From contig OX597821.1 of assembly GCA_951406725.2 (NCBI GenBank), forward strand, positions 25,668,001 to 25,732,000: 64,000 nt of DNA. The letters run 5' to 3'. Origin of the DNA: Octopus vulgaris. Its lineage: Eukaryota. Positions 24,721 through 36,561 of the stretch are shown here, piece after piece (positions within the stretch are counted from its first letter, which is position 1; each line of letters starts with the position of its first letter). The notes beneath the pieces are model-generated. The model was not told the DNA's origin. It worked only from the letters and a program-made list of their open reading frames with translations, and did not search any database. The position numbers and the translations under genes are program-made.

Positions 24721-24826
24721 ATACACATAGTATTTAAATTCGAGTTGCTATTGGTTTCATACTTGTTAGATTATAGTGTTTTCACGGTATGAAACTAATG
24801 GTAGCTCAATTTTAAATACTGTGTAT
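24721..24826. repeat. Short palindromic MITE-like hairpin
   Basis: Approximately 40-bp imperfect inverted repeat. Confidence 0.7.
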
Positions 24827-24909
24827 ATTAAATATGTGACAATGTTTATATGTGTTGTGTAAGAGAGCAAGAAAAATAACAAGACAAGTTCATATATTGT
24901 TTTATTTTT

Positions 24910-25270
24910 TTAACTTGTTTCAGTCATTTGACTGTGGCCATGCTGGAGTTCCACCTTTAGTCAAACAAATCTCCCCCACAACTTATACTTTGTAAGCCTA
25001 GTACTTATTCTATTGGTCTCTTTTGCCAAACCGCTAAGTTACAGGGACGTAAATATGCCAACATTGGTTGTCAAGCAATGACGGACACACACACACACAC
25101 ACACACACACATGCGACAGGCTTCTATCAGTTTCCGTCTACCAAATCCACTCACAAGGCTTTGGTCGGCCTGAGGTTATAGTAGAAGACACTTGCTCAAG
25201 GTGCCACACAGTGGGACTGAACCCGGAACAATGTGGTTAGTAAGCAAGCTCCTTACCACACAGCCACTCA
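24910..25270 (-). mobile_element. SINE family B, near full length
   Basis: Reverse complement of 37464-37908 with an internal (CA)n. Confidence 0.88.
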
Positions 25271-26017
25271 TGCAACATGTTTCAGGTTCAGTTCCACTGC
25301 AAGCATCTTGCACATGTGTCTTTTACTATAACCTTGGGCTGATCAATGCTGTGTGGGCATGAGGTGGGTGTTTCATTAATGTGTATTTCAAGGGATGTAA
25401 ACTTCACTGAGAAAAGTGATTAAAAGAAACAAAGCTTTTTCAAACAGATTCTCTAGTTATATTTGTTCTGCCCTGAATTACAGACACTCCCTTGTCACTA
25501 ATGCTGTCAGAAATGCTGTGAACCATCTTTCCGATTACTATCTTCACAAAGACCAAACCAGCTTATCCTATCTCTTCATAAGCTGTCTCCTCAAGCGTTC
25601 AGAATAATTTTTCCATCGTCTTGGCTTAACAACCCTCATCGTTTGTTTTTACTGTTTTGTTCTCACTGTCCTTTTCTTGTTACCACTTTCACCCTCCACA
25701 AAAAATCCCAAATTTTATTTAATTTGCTTTGCGAGAAGGACTGTTTCAACAAAGTCGCGTCTTGTCCTTACCTTCGAAACATGGGGTAGAAGAAACAGAG
25801 ACAACTGAAGAAGGGGAATATTCCTTATGTTGCGTGTCTTGTTTCTCTGTTTTTTTCGTTGTTTGAAAAAAGTTTGTTTCTATGTTTTTGTTTTTTTCAT
25901 TTCTCATTGTGTTCAATATTTTTTTGATGTCCTGTACCCATATATGCATGTATATATGCATATATATGTAGGTATATACATATATGTATGTATAGATGCA
26001 TATATTTATATATTATT

Positions 26018-26071
<54 letters not shown>

Positions 26072-26790
26072 TTATGTATGTGTGTGTATTTATACATATA
26101 TATTCTACCCATACTCACATTGAGAAAGATATCAAATGGAAGGAAGTAATAAACAAAAGATATAACAATGTGTTGTTGAAAGTTATTCACAACAGAGTAG
26201 CAAATATAGTATTAAAAATATGTTAAAAATTGTAGCAAAATGAAATATTAAAATTTACGTCATTTATATGCTAAAGGGACTTCTGAATTTCTCTCTCTCT
26301 CTCTCTCTCTCTACCTCTATCTCTCCATCTCCCTTTTTGTCTTCCTTTCTTTGAATACAGTCTGATCTTTAGTAACTTCTGCTGCATGTTTCATTCCCAT
26401 GAGAGCTCAATGAAAATTTAGAGACAATTATAAACATCTCAAGATTGTGGCACAAGTCTCTAGTTAGGAAAAAAAAATTGGAAAAAAAATATGATATATC
26501 ATATTAAATAAAATATGTGCATACTGCTTCAAAAAGTACTCCTGTGACATTATATCATTCTGATGCAAACACTTCCTCAGGCATACCAATCTGGTACATT
26601 TGTCTCATGACTGAAAAACAAGGCAATTGGTCACAAGGCGTTAAATTCAAAAGTAGCTAAACTGGAAAAAACAATGAAACCAAATGGTTTTGTATCCAAC
26701 AGGCTAAAAAGCATCTATAAGGCAAGTGAACAGCTTTGTAGTGTGCTCAACATAGGAAAAAGTTTATAGGGCTCTCTGTCTGTTTGTCTG

Positions 26791-26833
<43 letters not shown>

Positions 26834-27044
26834 TACAGTATATGGATTTATTTAATCCAGTGGTAACCACAAAAGAGCTCCTTTAGTGAACCAGGCTACA
26901 AACCACATAGTAACCCAACATGTAGGAGTATAATGTAGAGTCCTTTACAGTTGAAATCCAGTAAATCCATGCAAAACAGCTGTCATCCTATGGGGACTGC
27001 TGAAATAAATATATTCATCTCCTACCTCCTGATATTCTTCATCT

Positions 27045-27096
<52 letters not shown>

Positions 27097-27139
27097 AACT
27101 TTCCCAGTTTTCAGAGTTGGCACTGTCAATGTAGTTCCT

Positions 27140-27595
27140 ACAATGAAGGCAAGTTTCTTTCAAGCATTGGGCCTCACAGAGGCAAAGCGGCTGAGTTCCT
27201 TTTGAGTGTTGGGCCTCATAGAGGTGAGTTCTCTTTCGAGTGTTGGGCTTCATGGAGGCAAAGTGGCTGTGTTCCTTTCGAGTGTTGGGCCTCTCGGAGA
27301 CAATGACTGAGACCTTTAGCATTATGTCGTGCTTGAGAAGAAGACCCATCAAACCAAGCAAAATCGCAGTCATGGCAGATACTGGTCTCACACAAATGAC
27401 ACCTGTGCTGGTGGCAGGTAAAAAAGCACCTATTACACTCTTGGAATGGTTGGCATTAGGAAGGGCATCCACCCATAGAAACCATGCCAAATCAGACTGG
27501 GATCTGATGCAGTCTTCCAGCTTGCCAACCCTGATCAAATCATCCAACTCATGCTAGATAGCATGGACAATGGACATTAAATGATGATGATGATA
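27140..27595 (+). mobile_element. RTE-type 3' UTR fragment with ~37-bp tandem subrepeats
   Basis: GGCATTAGGAAGGGCATCC motif, (GAT)n tail, repeated TTCGAGTGTTGGGCCTC units; homolog of 14575-14900. Confidence 0.8.
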
Positions 27596-28013
27596 TATAT
27601 AATAGAATTATTAGTGAGATATTATCAGTCCTGGCAAAATACTTTATAAACTGCACACACATACACACACTTTTTCATTCAGGTAAAATTTGTTGAGGCA
27701 AATTTTCTATGGTCAGATGCTCTTCTTGTTGCCAACACCCACCTTTTTCGCTGATATTTGGCAGGAATAGAGTGAAGGGCCAAACCAAATCATGAAGAAC
27801 ACAGACACTGTCAAACTCATATAGTAATAGTGCAATCTGGTGAAAAGCTACCAGTCCAAGAGCTGAGAGTTGGGTGTAGACCACAGGCACTGAATTTTCC
27901 ATCTCGCAGAACTAAAGATTCACATTTTAGCTTTACTGAGATTAAGGGCATTGGCATTGCTTTCTCCAAATTCCTCCAAAACAAGAATCCACTGGCAGGT
28001 GGCATAGAAAATA

Positions 28014-29392
28014 CAAGGTGGTATAAAAAAAGTTCCCAGAGTAGTCCTGTAGCACACCAACAGGTGGCAGCACACAGTTGCATGTGCAGTGGGAGCTAGT
28101 AGGGAACTTCATGAGGCAGTGTGCCAAGTGTCATCACTGTGTTTACTTCGCAAGTTGTGAAATTTGTGTTTATGCGGTCACATATGTTGTGGTCTGCAAT
28201 TTTTGTCATGGACAGGAACAAAGAGCCAACAGGAAATTTTACGTTAGACTTGAGAAGTCTGCTACAAAGACATTGAGCATGCTTTAGCAGCTTGTGGCAA
28301 TGGGTCGTACACAATATTCCAAGTGGCACAGGTGCTTACCTCAATGAGGCCAAGACTGAATATATAAACAAGTACCTGTCCAACAGTGATTGCATCATCC
28401 ATACTCTCAACCATGCGCCCTTAAATATGGTTTCTGATCACAAATATCTTGGGTCATACATATCATCATCTGGAAAAGATTTTCTAACTAGAAAGGGCAT
28501 GGCCTGGTCAGCCTGTAATGACATGCATAAGATCTGGTCATCAAATCTAAGTAGAGACTTCAAACTTGAAATCTTCAAAGCCACATTCAAACCAATTCTA
28601 CTATATGGCTCACAAACCTAGATGTTATCAAAGAAGCTTGAGAGACGGTTGGATGGAACCTACACTCGCCTCCTTATGAGAGCTCAAAATCTCTCGTGGA
28701 AGTGTATCCAACCAAAATGCAAATATATGGGAAACTACCACCTGTGTCATCTCTTGTGAAAGGTAGGAGAGTCCAGTTTGCTGGACATTGTTGTAGAGCT
28801 GAAAACGAGGCAATTTCTACTCTTCTCCTCTGGAAGCAATCTACTCGCAATACTAGAGGGCGCACACTCTCCTACCCTGATGTAATCTCCAGGGATACAG
28901 GCATCCAGCAACAGGACCTCCGTAATGCTATGATGGACCGTGAAGTCTGGCGTAGCATGGTAAATTCCATTGTCTTGACCACGGTCAAACAATGATGATG
29001 AACATGACAGGTGTTTCAAAAGCAGAAGAATGTCGCTGGAAGACCTGCCACGAGCGTTACCCTTGGAAATGTGGTTTTGTGAATCGCAAATTCATCCTCC
29101 AGGGTCAGACAGTCAATCGAGAGTTCTACTGCGACATTTTGAAGTGCTTGAGGAATGACATTCAGTGAAAGTGACTGCACCTGTGAAGCATGAAGAATTA
29201 GATTCTTCACAACGTCAATGAACCCTGTCACCAGGCTCTCTTCACTTGTGAGTTTCTTGCCAGAAACAACATAGCATTGCTTCTGCACCCATCCTATTCA
29301 CAAGATTTAGCACCTGTAGACTTCCACCTCTTCCCCAAGATGAAAATGCATCCAAGATGAAAATGCATCCAAGATGAAAATGCATCCAAGTG
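28014..29392 (+). mobile_element. Decayed mariner-like element split by a LINE insertion
   Basis: TA|CAAGGTGGTATAAAAAAAGTTCCC TIR matching the other-end TIR at 54765-54797. HTH remnant before 28312; HPSYSQDLAPVDFHLFPKMK after 29285. Confidence 0.75.
28313..29000 (+). mobile_element. RTE-like LINE 3' fragment nested in the mariner
   Basis: KYLGSYISSS.KDF..RKGMAWSACN...LLYGSQT, RRVQFAGHC, MMDREVWRSMV; (TGA)n tail. Confidence 0.85.
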
Positions 29393-29771
29393 TATCCAAT
29401 GATCAGGGTAGATTCTGTGAAGGAAGGAGAGATTGTAGGGACTATATATATATATAAGTGAATCTATACAGCAAATATGCAAACTTGTCAAATTTACCTA
29501 TTTCTCCATAGACTGAAAGAATAATGAACAGCTTTAATTGGTTTCCATCCCTTATTTGTGTTTTGTCAGATGAGTTCACATCACTCGATCAATCCCAGAA
29601 AAACAAGTAGCCACTCTACTTATATATAAACATCAAATGTACTATGGCTTTCTTTTAGTATATCCATTAAAAAAAAAGATATACAGATTGCTCTTTGGTA
29701 CTAATATTCTTTCCATTACTCATAACTAATCTAAAAAAAATATTATCCTGAATTTTCAATTGTTTATTGTG

Positions 29772-29869
29772 ATGTTAAAATTTTTGTTTGCACTGCTATG
29801 ACCTTGTTGCTGACACAGTGGCACTGTGTCAGTGGCCAATTTGCAGTGGTGCAGCAAAAATTTTGACAT
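29772..29869. repeat. Palindromic MITE-like hairpin
   Basis: Central CTGACACAGTG-G-CACTGTGTCAG; outer arms ATGTTAAAATTTTTG / CAAAAATTTTGACAT. Confidence 0.7.
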
Positions 29870-30493
29870 TTCAAGACATAAATGAAAAGTGAATATAAGT
29901 TTTTTTGTATGTTTTTAGATAGATCAAGTGTCTTTTTTCATCCGTAATTGCTTCAGCTTCAACACACTCTCTCACATCATGTGACTTGCTAGACAAACAC
30001 AACAGAGTTTATTTATTCAAAATTGTTGATTCAATGTATAGTTAGAATTTTATATACAATAATATAAAATAAGTAGAGTTTAAACTACTACATCAAACTT
30101 GTAAGCACTAAATAAAAGCTTTTGAGGTGTTTATTGTAAACATGTGAGTCTAAACGTGAGATGAGAATCTGTCATTATCTTCTTCTTACCACTATGGCTC
30201 TCGTTAAAACTAAAATTCATCAAAAATTGTTATAAATGCATCTTTTAGTTTTTAGTTGTTTCAGTCATTAAACTGCAGCCATGCTGGAGCATCGTCTTGA
30301 TAAGTTAAGTTGAACAATTTGACCCCAGTATTTAGTTTTTAAGCCTAGTACTTATTCTATCAGCCTTTTTGCCAAATGAAGATGTAAACAAACCAACAAC
30401 AGTTGTCAAGTAGTGGTGGGAGACAAACGCATACAAAGATGCAAAAATACATACTATGTATATATATAAGGTTGAAAAGGAACACACAAGTTG

Positions 30494-30893
30494 ATATATA
30501 TGGGAAAAAAAGTCAAGATAGAAAATGCTAAAATAATTTTATAAAAAACATTTCAGTACCGGTTTCAGTCATTGAGACTTTTTCCAACTGTAAGTATGGA
30601 AAACAATTAAATTTTGGAAAAATTAAAAGAAGAGTTTTTTTTCAAAGAATATTTGCATAGTGTTCAAATACAAGTGGCATTTTCTTTGTTTCTGCCTGTC
30701 TCTGTCTCTCTTGTTTACTCTTGTGGGTTCAAGGTCATTGTGAATTCTTGGTAGGGAAGAACACCTACACAAATTTTATAAACAAAACATTCAAACGAAA
30801 TTTTTCAGGAGTTCCACAATTACTACTACTATCCACAGTGGATCATTTTCGGGACAGCTGACCATTCAACATACTACTGTCATGGCACTCCCA

Positions 30894-30926
<33 letters not shown>

Positions 30927-31165
30927 TCTTCTTCATCCCTACCAAGAATTCACAATGACCTCGAATCCACAAGGGTAAACAAGAGAGACAGAGACAGGCA
31001 GAAACAAGGAAAATGCCACTTGTATTTGAACACTGTAAAAATATTCTTTTAAAAAACTTTTCTTTTAATTTTTCCAAAAGTCTCAATGACTGAAACCGGT
31101 ACTGAAATGTTTTTTATAAAATTATTTTAGCATTTTCTATCTTGACTTTTTTTTCCATATATATA
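30494..31165. mobile_element. Penelope-like inverted terminal-repeat pair with a ~170-bp spacer
   Basis: 30494-30761 is the reverse complement of ~30936-31165 (the right arm has a ~30-bp deletion). Hammerhead-like fold in the arms. Confidence 0.65.
30554..30590 (-). ncRNA. Minimal hammerhead-like motif, variant core UUGGAAAA
   Basis: CAG-TTGGAAAA-AGTC(TCAAT)GACT-GAAA-CCGG-TA-CTG. Confidence 0.5.
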
Positions 31166-33119
31166 TGTGTGTGTGTGTGTGTATACATATACACACACAC
31201 ACACACACACACATATACAGACGACAGGCTTCTTTTAGTTTCTGTCTACAAATCCATTTGCATGGCTTTGGTCAGTTGATGGCTGTAGTAGAAAGCACTT
31301 GCCCAAGGTGCCATGCTGTGAGACTGAACCCATTTTTCTATTCCTTGTTGGAACTGTTTCAACCTTATCAACAACACCCAGGGAAAGAAAGAATGTAATC
31401 TCATAATCCCTTCTTATTTCTGCTTTCCAGTGTAACTCTGTAACTCTGCTGCTGCTTGATATGAAAAGTATTTCATATACATGCATTGATCTGAGATTAT
31501 GCTTACAGTATTAACCTGCATGAAATGTGCAGCAGTACAAGTAAGAGAAGAGAAGAATGGCTGTGCATTAAAAGTTTCAATGAATATTGGGAAACTATGA
31601 TTGTATTAGGGTTGACATGTGATGTGAAAAGGCAATGAGTGCTGGTTCTAAATGTAATGTGGGAGAGGAAGTTCAGAGAAACAGTTATATATTGCACTGT
31701 AGAATCATCCGTTTCATGTCATCTTTTTATTTGACCATCATTGAGCATTGCTGATCTCAGCTGTTGGACAGAGTGACAGAATGGACAGCTGAGAGACAGA
31801 CAGACAGTAGTAGATAGTTGAGTTTAGCTAGTAGACAGTAGAGTACAGATGTGAAACAGACTATGAGTAAAATGTGTCTATAAGAGTGACTGACAGTGGA
31901 GTACTTCTTGTGAGATAGAGTAATAAAACCTTTCTAGTAGAACTTGTTGATATTTATTCCAAATTCTTAGATTAATTAAAGTTATGTCATCTTATATATC
32001 AGTCACCTAATTATTTTTCCTTAATACATTTTTTTACTCTTCTGAAAATTTAATTTACTAAGTTGCTATTTGTAAATTATTCAAGGTGTTGAGTTGAAGA
32101 AATTTCGTCTCCATAGCATATAATTATTGTTGTTGTTGTTATTTAAAAGCAACACGAAATACAGTTGTATCTATTTTTACGACTTGCACAAGATTATCAT
32201 TTTTATTTTCATATTATAATGGCTCGATAGAAACAGATTTATACCAGAAAAAAATCCAGATTTCCCAAACTATTTTAGTTGTAGGCCATTACTATGAATA
32301 AAATTCCCAGAACAACACAAATAGAGCTGACTGACAGTAAATGTCCATTAAAAGTAGCAGAGATCAAAGGAAATTGTAATGTATTGATGTAACTGTTCTG
32401 TGAAAGTCTTGTTTGTTATTACTGCACCTGAGAGAAAGAGAAAGAGAGAGAGAAAGAGGAGGGGGGATAGTGTAATTGCTGGAGTTGATGAGGGAAATAT
32501 CTAAATTGGTCTTGTCTTGGTGATCTGTGAGTAGTCTTGAAGTAACAGCTAGCTGCCTATAAACACAGTTCATGACACTAGGAGGGTTGCAGCCAAACTA
32601 TAAAGTCAAGAGGTGAGAAGATTATATCCCATCACGAATGTGCTGCACATTGTCTTTGGGAGAGCCACTTAACACTCTCAAAGACTCAGTCCACCCAGCT
32701 ATAAATAGATACAACTCATTGTTGCGAATAGCAGAAGCACTATGGTTTATATTGTCTTGTGATGCAGAATTCTGGCAACTCCTCCCATTGCTATAGCTTC
32801 AAAAGAGATAGATTCCAGCAGACTGCCTTGGAGAGAGAGGTGGGTGGGAGAGAGAGGCTCTCTATCTGAATAAATTGGTGAGAGATGGACTCTACCAGAT
32901 TGACTGGACTTTTCTGAAATACTCTCCTGCAACACAAAGTGGTGTTATAAGATTCATCACCACCATGTCACTAGTGGTAGTAATCTGTGGTACTACTACT
33001 GCTGCTACAGTATGACAATATTTCACTGTTATGGTACCTGGATATGAGATACAAATAGAGTTGTTGCACACACACATACATGCACACATACACACACACA
33101 CACACACGCATACACACAT

Positions 33120-33520
33120 TCTCTCTCCCACCTCCTGCCCTCTTTCTCACCTCCTGCCCTCTTTCTTACCTCCTGCTCTCTCTCACTTCCTGCCCTCTCT
33201 CCCTCTCCTGCTATCCCTCCATCTCCTGCCTTCTCTCCCTTTCCTACCCTCTCTCCTTTCTCTGCCTTCTCTCCTCCTCCTGCCCTCTCTACTCCTGCCC
33301 TCTCTACTCCTGCCCTCTCTACTCCTGCCCTCTCTCCTTCTCATACCCTTTCTCCCTCTCCTGCCTTCTCTCCCTCTCCTGCTCTCTCTCCCTTTCCTAC
33401 CCTCTCTCCTTCCTCTGCCTTCTCTCCTCCTCCTGCCCTCTCTCCTTCTCATACCCTTTCTCCCTCTCCTGCCCTCTCTCCCTCTCCTGTCCCCTCCCTC
33501 TTCTTCCTACCCCATCTCTC
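33120..33520. repeat. Pyrimidine-rich minisatellite (CTCCTGCCCTCTCT core; 18/27-bp units)
   Basis: Directly visible; nearly all C/T on the plus strand. Confidence 0.95.
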
Positions 33521-34368
33521 TATTAATGTATTTTAATTCTTCTCTTTGTCCTTTCCTTCCACAGTGTTCACATTTGTTGTGGTAGTGGTGGTCGTGGTGA
33601 GGGTGATGCAAATGATGATGATGTTGTTGGTGGCTGTAATGATGAGGACAATGATCAGGTTCTTGCTGTTGTTGTTTAGCCCCGAGTCAGCACTAACTGA
33701 GTACACCTATATTCAAAGGCATTCCAACAATGACCATCCCATCATAATTGGAGTACATAATTGGATTACATTATCCACTGTGTTCATTCCTTCCTCAAAA
33801 CAGCAGGGCATGATTTGTCACAGATTTGCTTGTTATTTCTGGCAGGTCAAGTAACTACATAAAGGCTGCTTTGTTAGTTCATTGATGATGAATGTGTTAA
33901 TGAGCCAAAACTAGTGATAATCCACTTTAATCCATACACGCCATTCTACCAAACTTATCCCTTCCTTCTCTCGTATCTATTATTAATATTAGGAAGACTA
34001 ACAGGTCAGTTGTGGTTATGAGATATTACACCATGTGGGAAATGATAACTGCTTTCTTATATTTATGGCAATAGTGGTAGTAGTGGTGGTGATGGTGGTG
34101 TTGGCAGCAGTTGTGGTGGTGGTGGTGGTGGTGGCAGCAGCCATAGTTCTTGACCTTTCATAATATAGTATTTGGTTTGCCAGATTCTTGAGGTGAACTC
34201 ATATGTTAAAACAGTTTTTGTTCTATCTTAGGAGGGTCATTACACTAATAATAAACACATGCACTGGCTCAGTTTCACTTCTTTATTATTCATTATTCAT
34301 CAATAGGTTCGTCATTTGACCAACTAACTAATCAATTGTTTGGTTAATCATTCAGTTAATCAATTAAT

Positions 34369-34702
34369 CAGTGGTTAGAGCATCAGGGTCACAATTGTGA
34401 TGTAGAGAGTGTGATTTCCAGACCGGGCTGTGTGTAGTGTTCTTGAGCAAGTCACTTTATTTCATGTTGCTCCAGTTCACTTGGCTGTAGAAATAAGTTG
34501 TTATGTCATTGGTGCTGAGCTGTGTCAGCCTTTGCCTTTCTCTTGTATAACATCAGTGGCATGGAGAAGAGAGGCTGGTATGCATGGGCAGTTGCTGGTC
34601 TTCCATAAGCAATAAGTACATTGCCTGTACTTGTGTGTTGGAGAGGAACTTTCTAGGTGCAATCTGATGGTCATTCATGACCGAAGGATTTCTTTACCCT
34701 TT
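34369..34702 (+). mobile_element. tRNA-derived SINE with CORE-like segment
   Basis: CAGTGGTTAGAGCA A-box and TTCTTGAGCAAGTCACTT CORE-like motif; related to 35990-36170. Confidence 0.6.
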
Positions 34703-34884
34703 AATCCATTAATCAGTTGTATTTGCCAAAATCTTCTCATTACTGTTAACAACCTCTTCGATGACATACCCTCTCTATTCCATGTCAGCTTCAGACCTGA
34801 ATAATAATAAAGAAGTGAAATTGAATCAGTGTGTGTGTTTATTATTGGTTTAATGATCCTCCCAAAATACTTTAAAAATATACA

Positions 34885-35155
34885 TTATTTACGTTATTTA
34901 CATTTGTTGGATATTTGTCCACATCTTGTTTGTATCTTTCTCTTGGACTCATTAGCACTGTAGATAAAGAAGGAAATAAACCTAAAATGTTTAACTCTGT
35001 TATCTTACATTATTTACAATATTTACATTTGATGGATATTTGTCCTCATCTTGTTTGTTCTTAACACAATGTTTCGGCTGATATACCCTCCAGACTTCAT
35101 CAGGTGTCTTGGGGAAATTTTGAACCTGGGTTCTCGCTCCTAAGGTATTTTACGA

Positions 35156-35157
<2 letters not shown>
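34885..35157 (-). mobile_element. Penelope-like terminal repeat with a partial tandem copy, next to (TTA)n
   Basis: 34885-34933 repeats ~35010-35058; canonical hammerhead core at 35063-35108. Confidence 0.75.
35063..35108 (-). ncRNA. Minimal type I hammerhead ribozyme (PLE-associated), partly decayed
   Basis: GACAC-CTGATGA-A-GTCTG(GAGGGTATAT)CAGCC-GAAA-CA-TT-GTGTT: canonical CUGAUGA and GAAA boxes with stems I and II. Confidence 0.75.

Positions 35158-35213
<56 letters not shown>
35158..35213. repeat. (TTA)n microsatellite
   Basis: Directly visible. Confidence 0.97.
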
Positions 35214-35218
<5 letters not shown>

Positions 35219-35989
35219 ATTCATGTATGTGTGTGTGTCCATGTATGTATGTACATGCATTATATATGTATGTGTGTGTGTATCTGTATGTGTGTTTGTC
35301 ACTGTCTCCTTGCCTTGTCATCATGTAATTGTTGTAAATAAATGTCACTGACATGCAAGCACTGTCCTTCATTCCCTCTCTTTCATGTAAATATGTCTGG
35401 TCATGGGAAAATTACATTTACTTTGAAACCGGTGAGGGTTAGTGACAAGAAGGACATCCAGCTGTAGAAAACCCACCTCAACAAAACTCTGTCCAACACA
35501 TGTGATCATGGAAAAGTGGATGCTAAACTGATAGAGATGGTGATGATAATGATCCATAATGTTTGATTAGAAGTGAAATATTTTAATGTGAGACTTATTG
35601 ACCTAACTGGTCACAAGTTTTGATCTGCTGCAAGCCTTTTGACGTGTTTCCTGGAAGTACACGTTGCAAATATCTAGTATGCTATAAAGCTTCCAGCTGA
35701 TATTGCAATTTATGGTCTGCGGGTCAATCTTGCACAGTTACTATGATGTAGCTTACTAAATAAATGTTACTTTCATGGTGGCACTTGTAGAAAAAAATCT
35801 CAGTTTACCAAAATCTAAGCAAAATTTTTAGCTTCCATGCTAACCTAAAACACCCATCCCAGTATGTATTAATTCATTTTTAATGGTTGAACTTGAAGTA
35901 GATGCAGCTATAAATTATGATGGTTAGTCTACATTACTCTGTAAGGAGACTAAGGCTAGTTACACAGTTTTTTTTTTTTTTGGCATATA

Positions 35990-36170
35990 TATTCCTGGAT
36001 GGGATGTCAGTCTGTCACAGGATTACTCATTTTCACTAGCTGAGTGGACTGGCGCAATGTGAAACAAAGTGTTCCACTCAAGAACATTATGCAATGCCCA
36101 GTCTAAAAATCAAAACCACAATCTCCTGGTCATTAGTCCATCTCCCTAACCAGTAAGCCATGTGCCTCCA
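35990..36170 (-). mobile_element. tRNA-derived SINE nested in the long-TIR element
   Basis: Minus-strand head TGGAGGCACATGGCTTACTGGTTAGGG; tail CCTGTGACAGACTGACATCCCATCCAGG. Confidence 0.7.
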
Positions 36171-36225
36171 TGATAGTATGTAAATAATGGGTTAAAAAAA
36201 CCTTTTTATATAGAAAAAAATTGCA

Positions 36226-36297
36226 GGCTGTTCATGGGACTTGAACCTAAATCTTCTGTAAATGTGACTGATGTTCTACCATTAGACCAAAACAATC
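36226..36297 (-). pseudogene. tRNA-like gene copy 1 (72 nt), decayed
   Basis: A-box TGGTCTAATGG, anticodon arm TCAGT-CACATTT-ACAGA, B-box GGTTCAAGTCC, 3' acceptor strand AACAGCC, T7 run ~6 nt downstream. Confidence 0.6.
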
Positions 36298-36488
36298 TTT
36301 CAAATTACTCTATCCATTTTAAAAGTGTTGTTCTTACCAGCAAGAATTGTTTGGTATTTACATTATAAGAACTTAGAAATTTCGACAGAATGTAATATAA
36401 TTATTTTTTAATGGTTGAACTCAAAGTAGACAAGTTTATAAATAAAAGCAAGTTGGGTTAAAAAGTGTTTCGGATAGAAAATGTCTAC

Positions 36489-36561
36489 AGCTGTCTGTTA
36501 GACTCAAACCCACCTTTTCTGTAAACACAACAGATGTTCTGCCTTTGAATTAAAGCAGACC
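36489..36561 (-). pseudogene. tRNA-like gene copy 2 (73 nt), decayed
   Basis: Perfect anticodon arm TCTGT-TGTGTTT-ACAGA, B-box-like GGTTTGAGTC, T4 run downstream; colinear with copy 1. Confidence 0.55.

Larger units (their letters stand above)
30250..31330 (-). mobile_element. SINE family B interrupted in its internal microsatellite
   Basis: Tail part at 30250-30440 and head part at 31225-31330, both on the minus strand, separated by the 30494-31165 insertion. Confidence 0.65.

Noticed and set aside
31698-32028. Possible third solo LTR (TG...CA with AATAAA)
   Set aside because: No matching TSD found and the boundaries are uncertain.
33031-33585. 184-aa Leu/Pro/Ser-rich ORF and overlapping ORFs
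   Set aside because: Read-through of a pyrimidine minisatellite that cannot contain stops; no splice or domain evidence.
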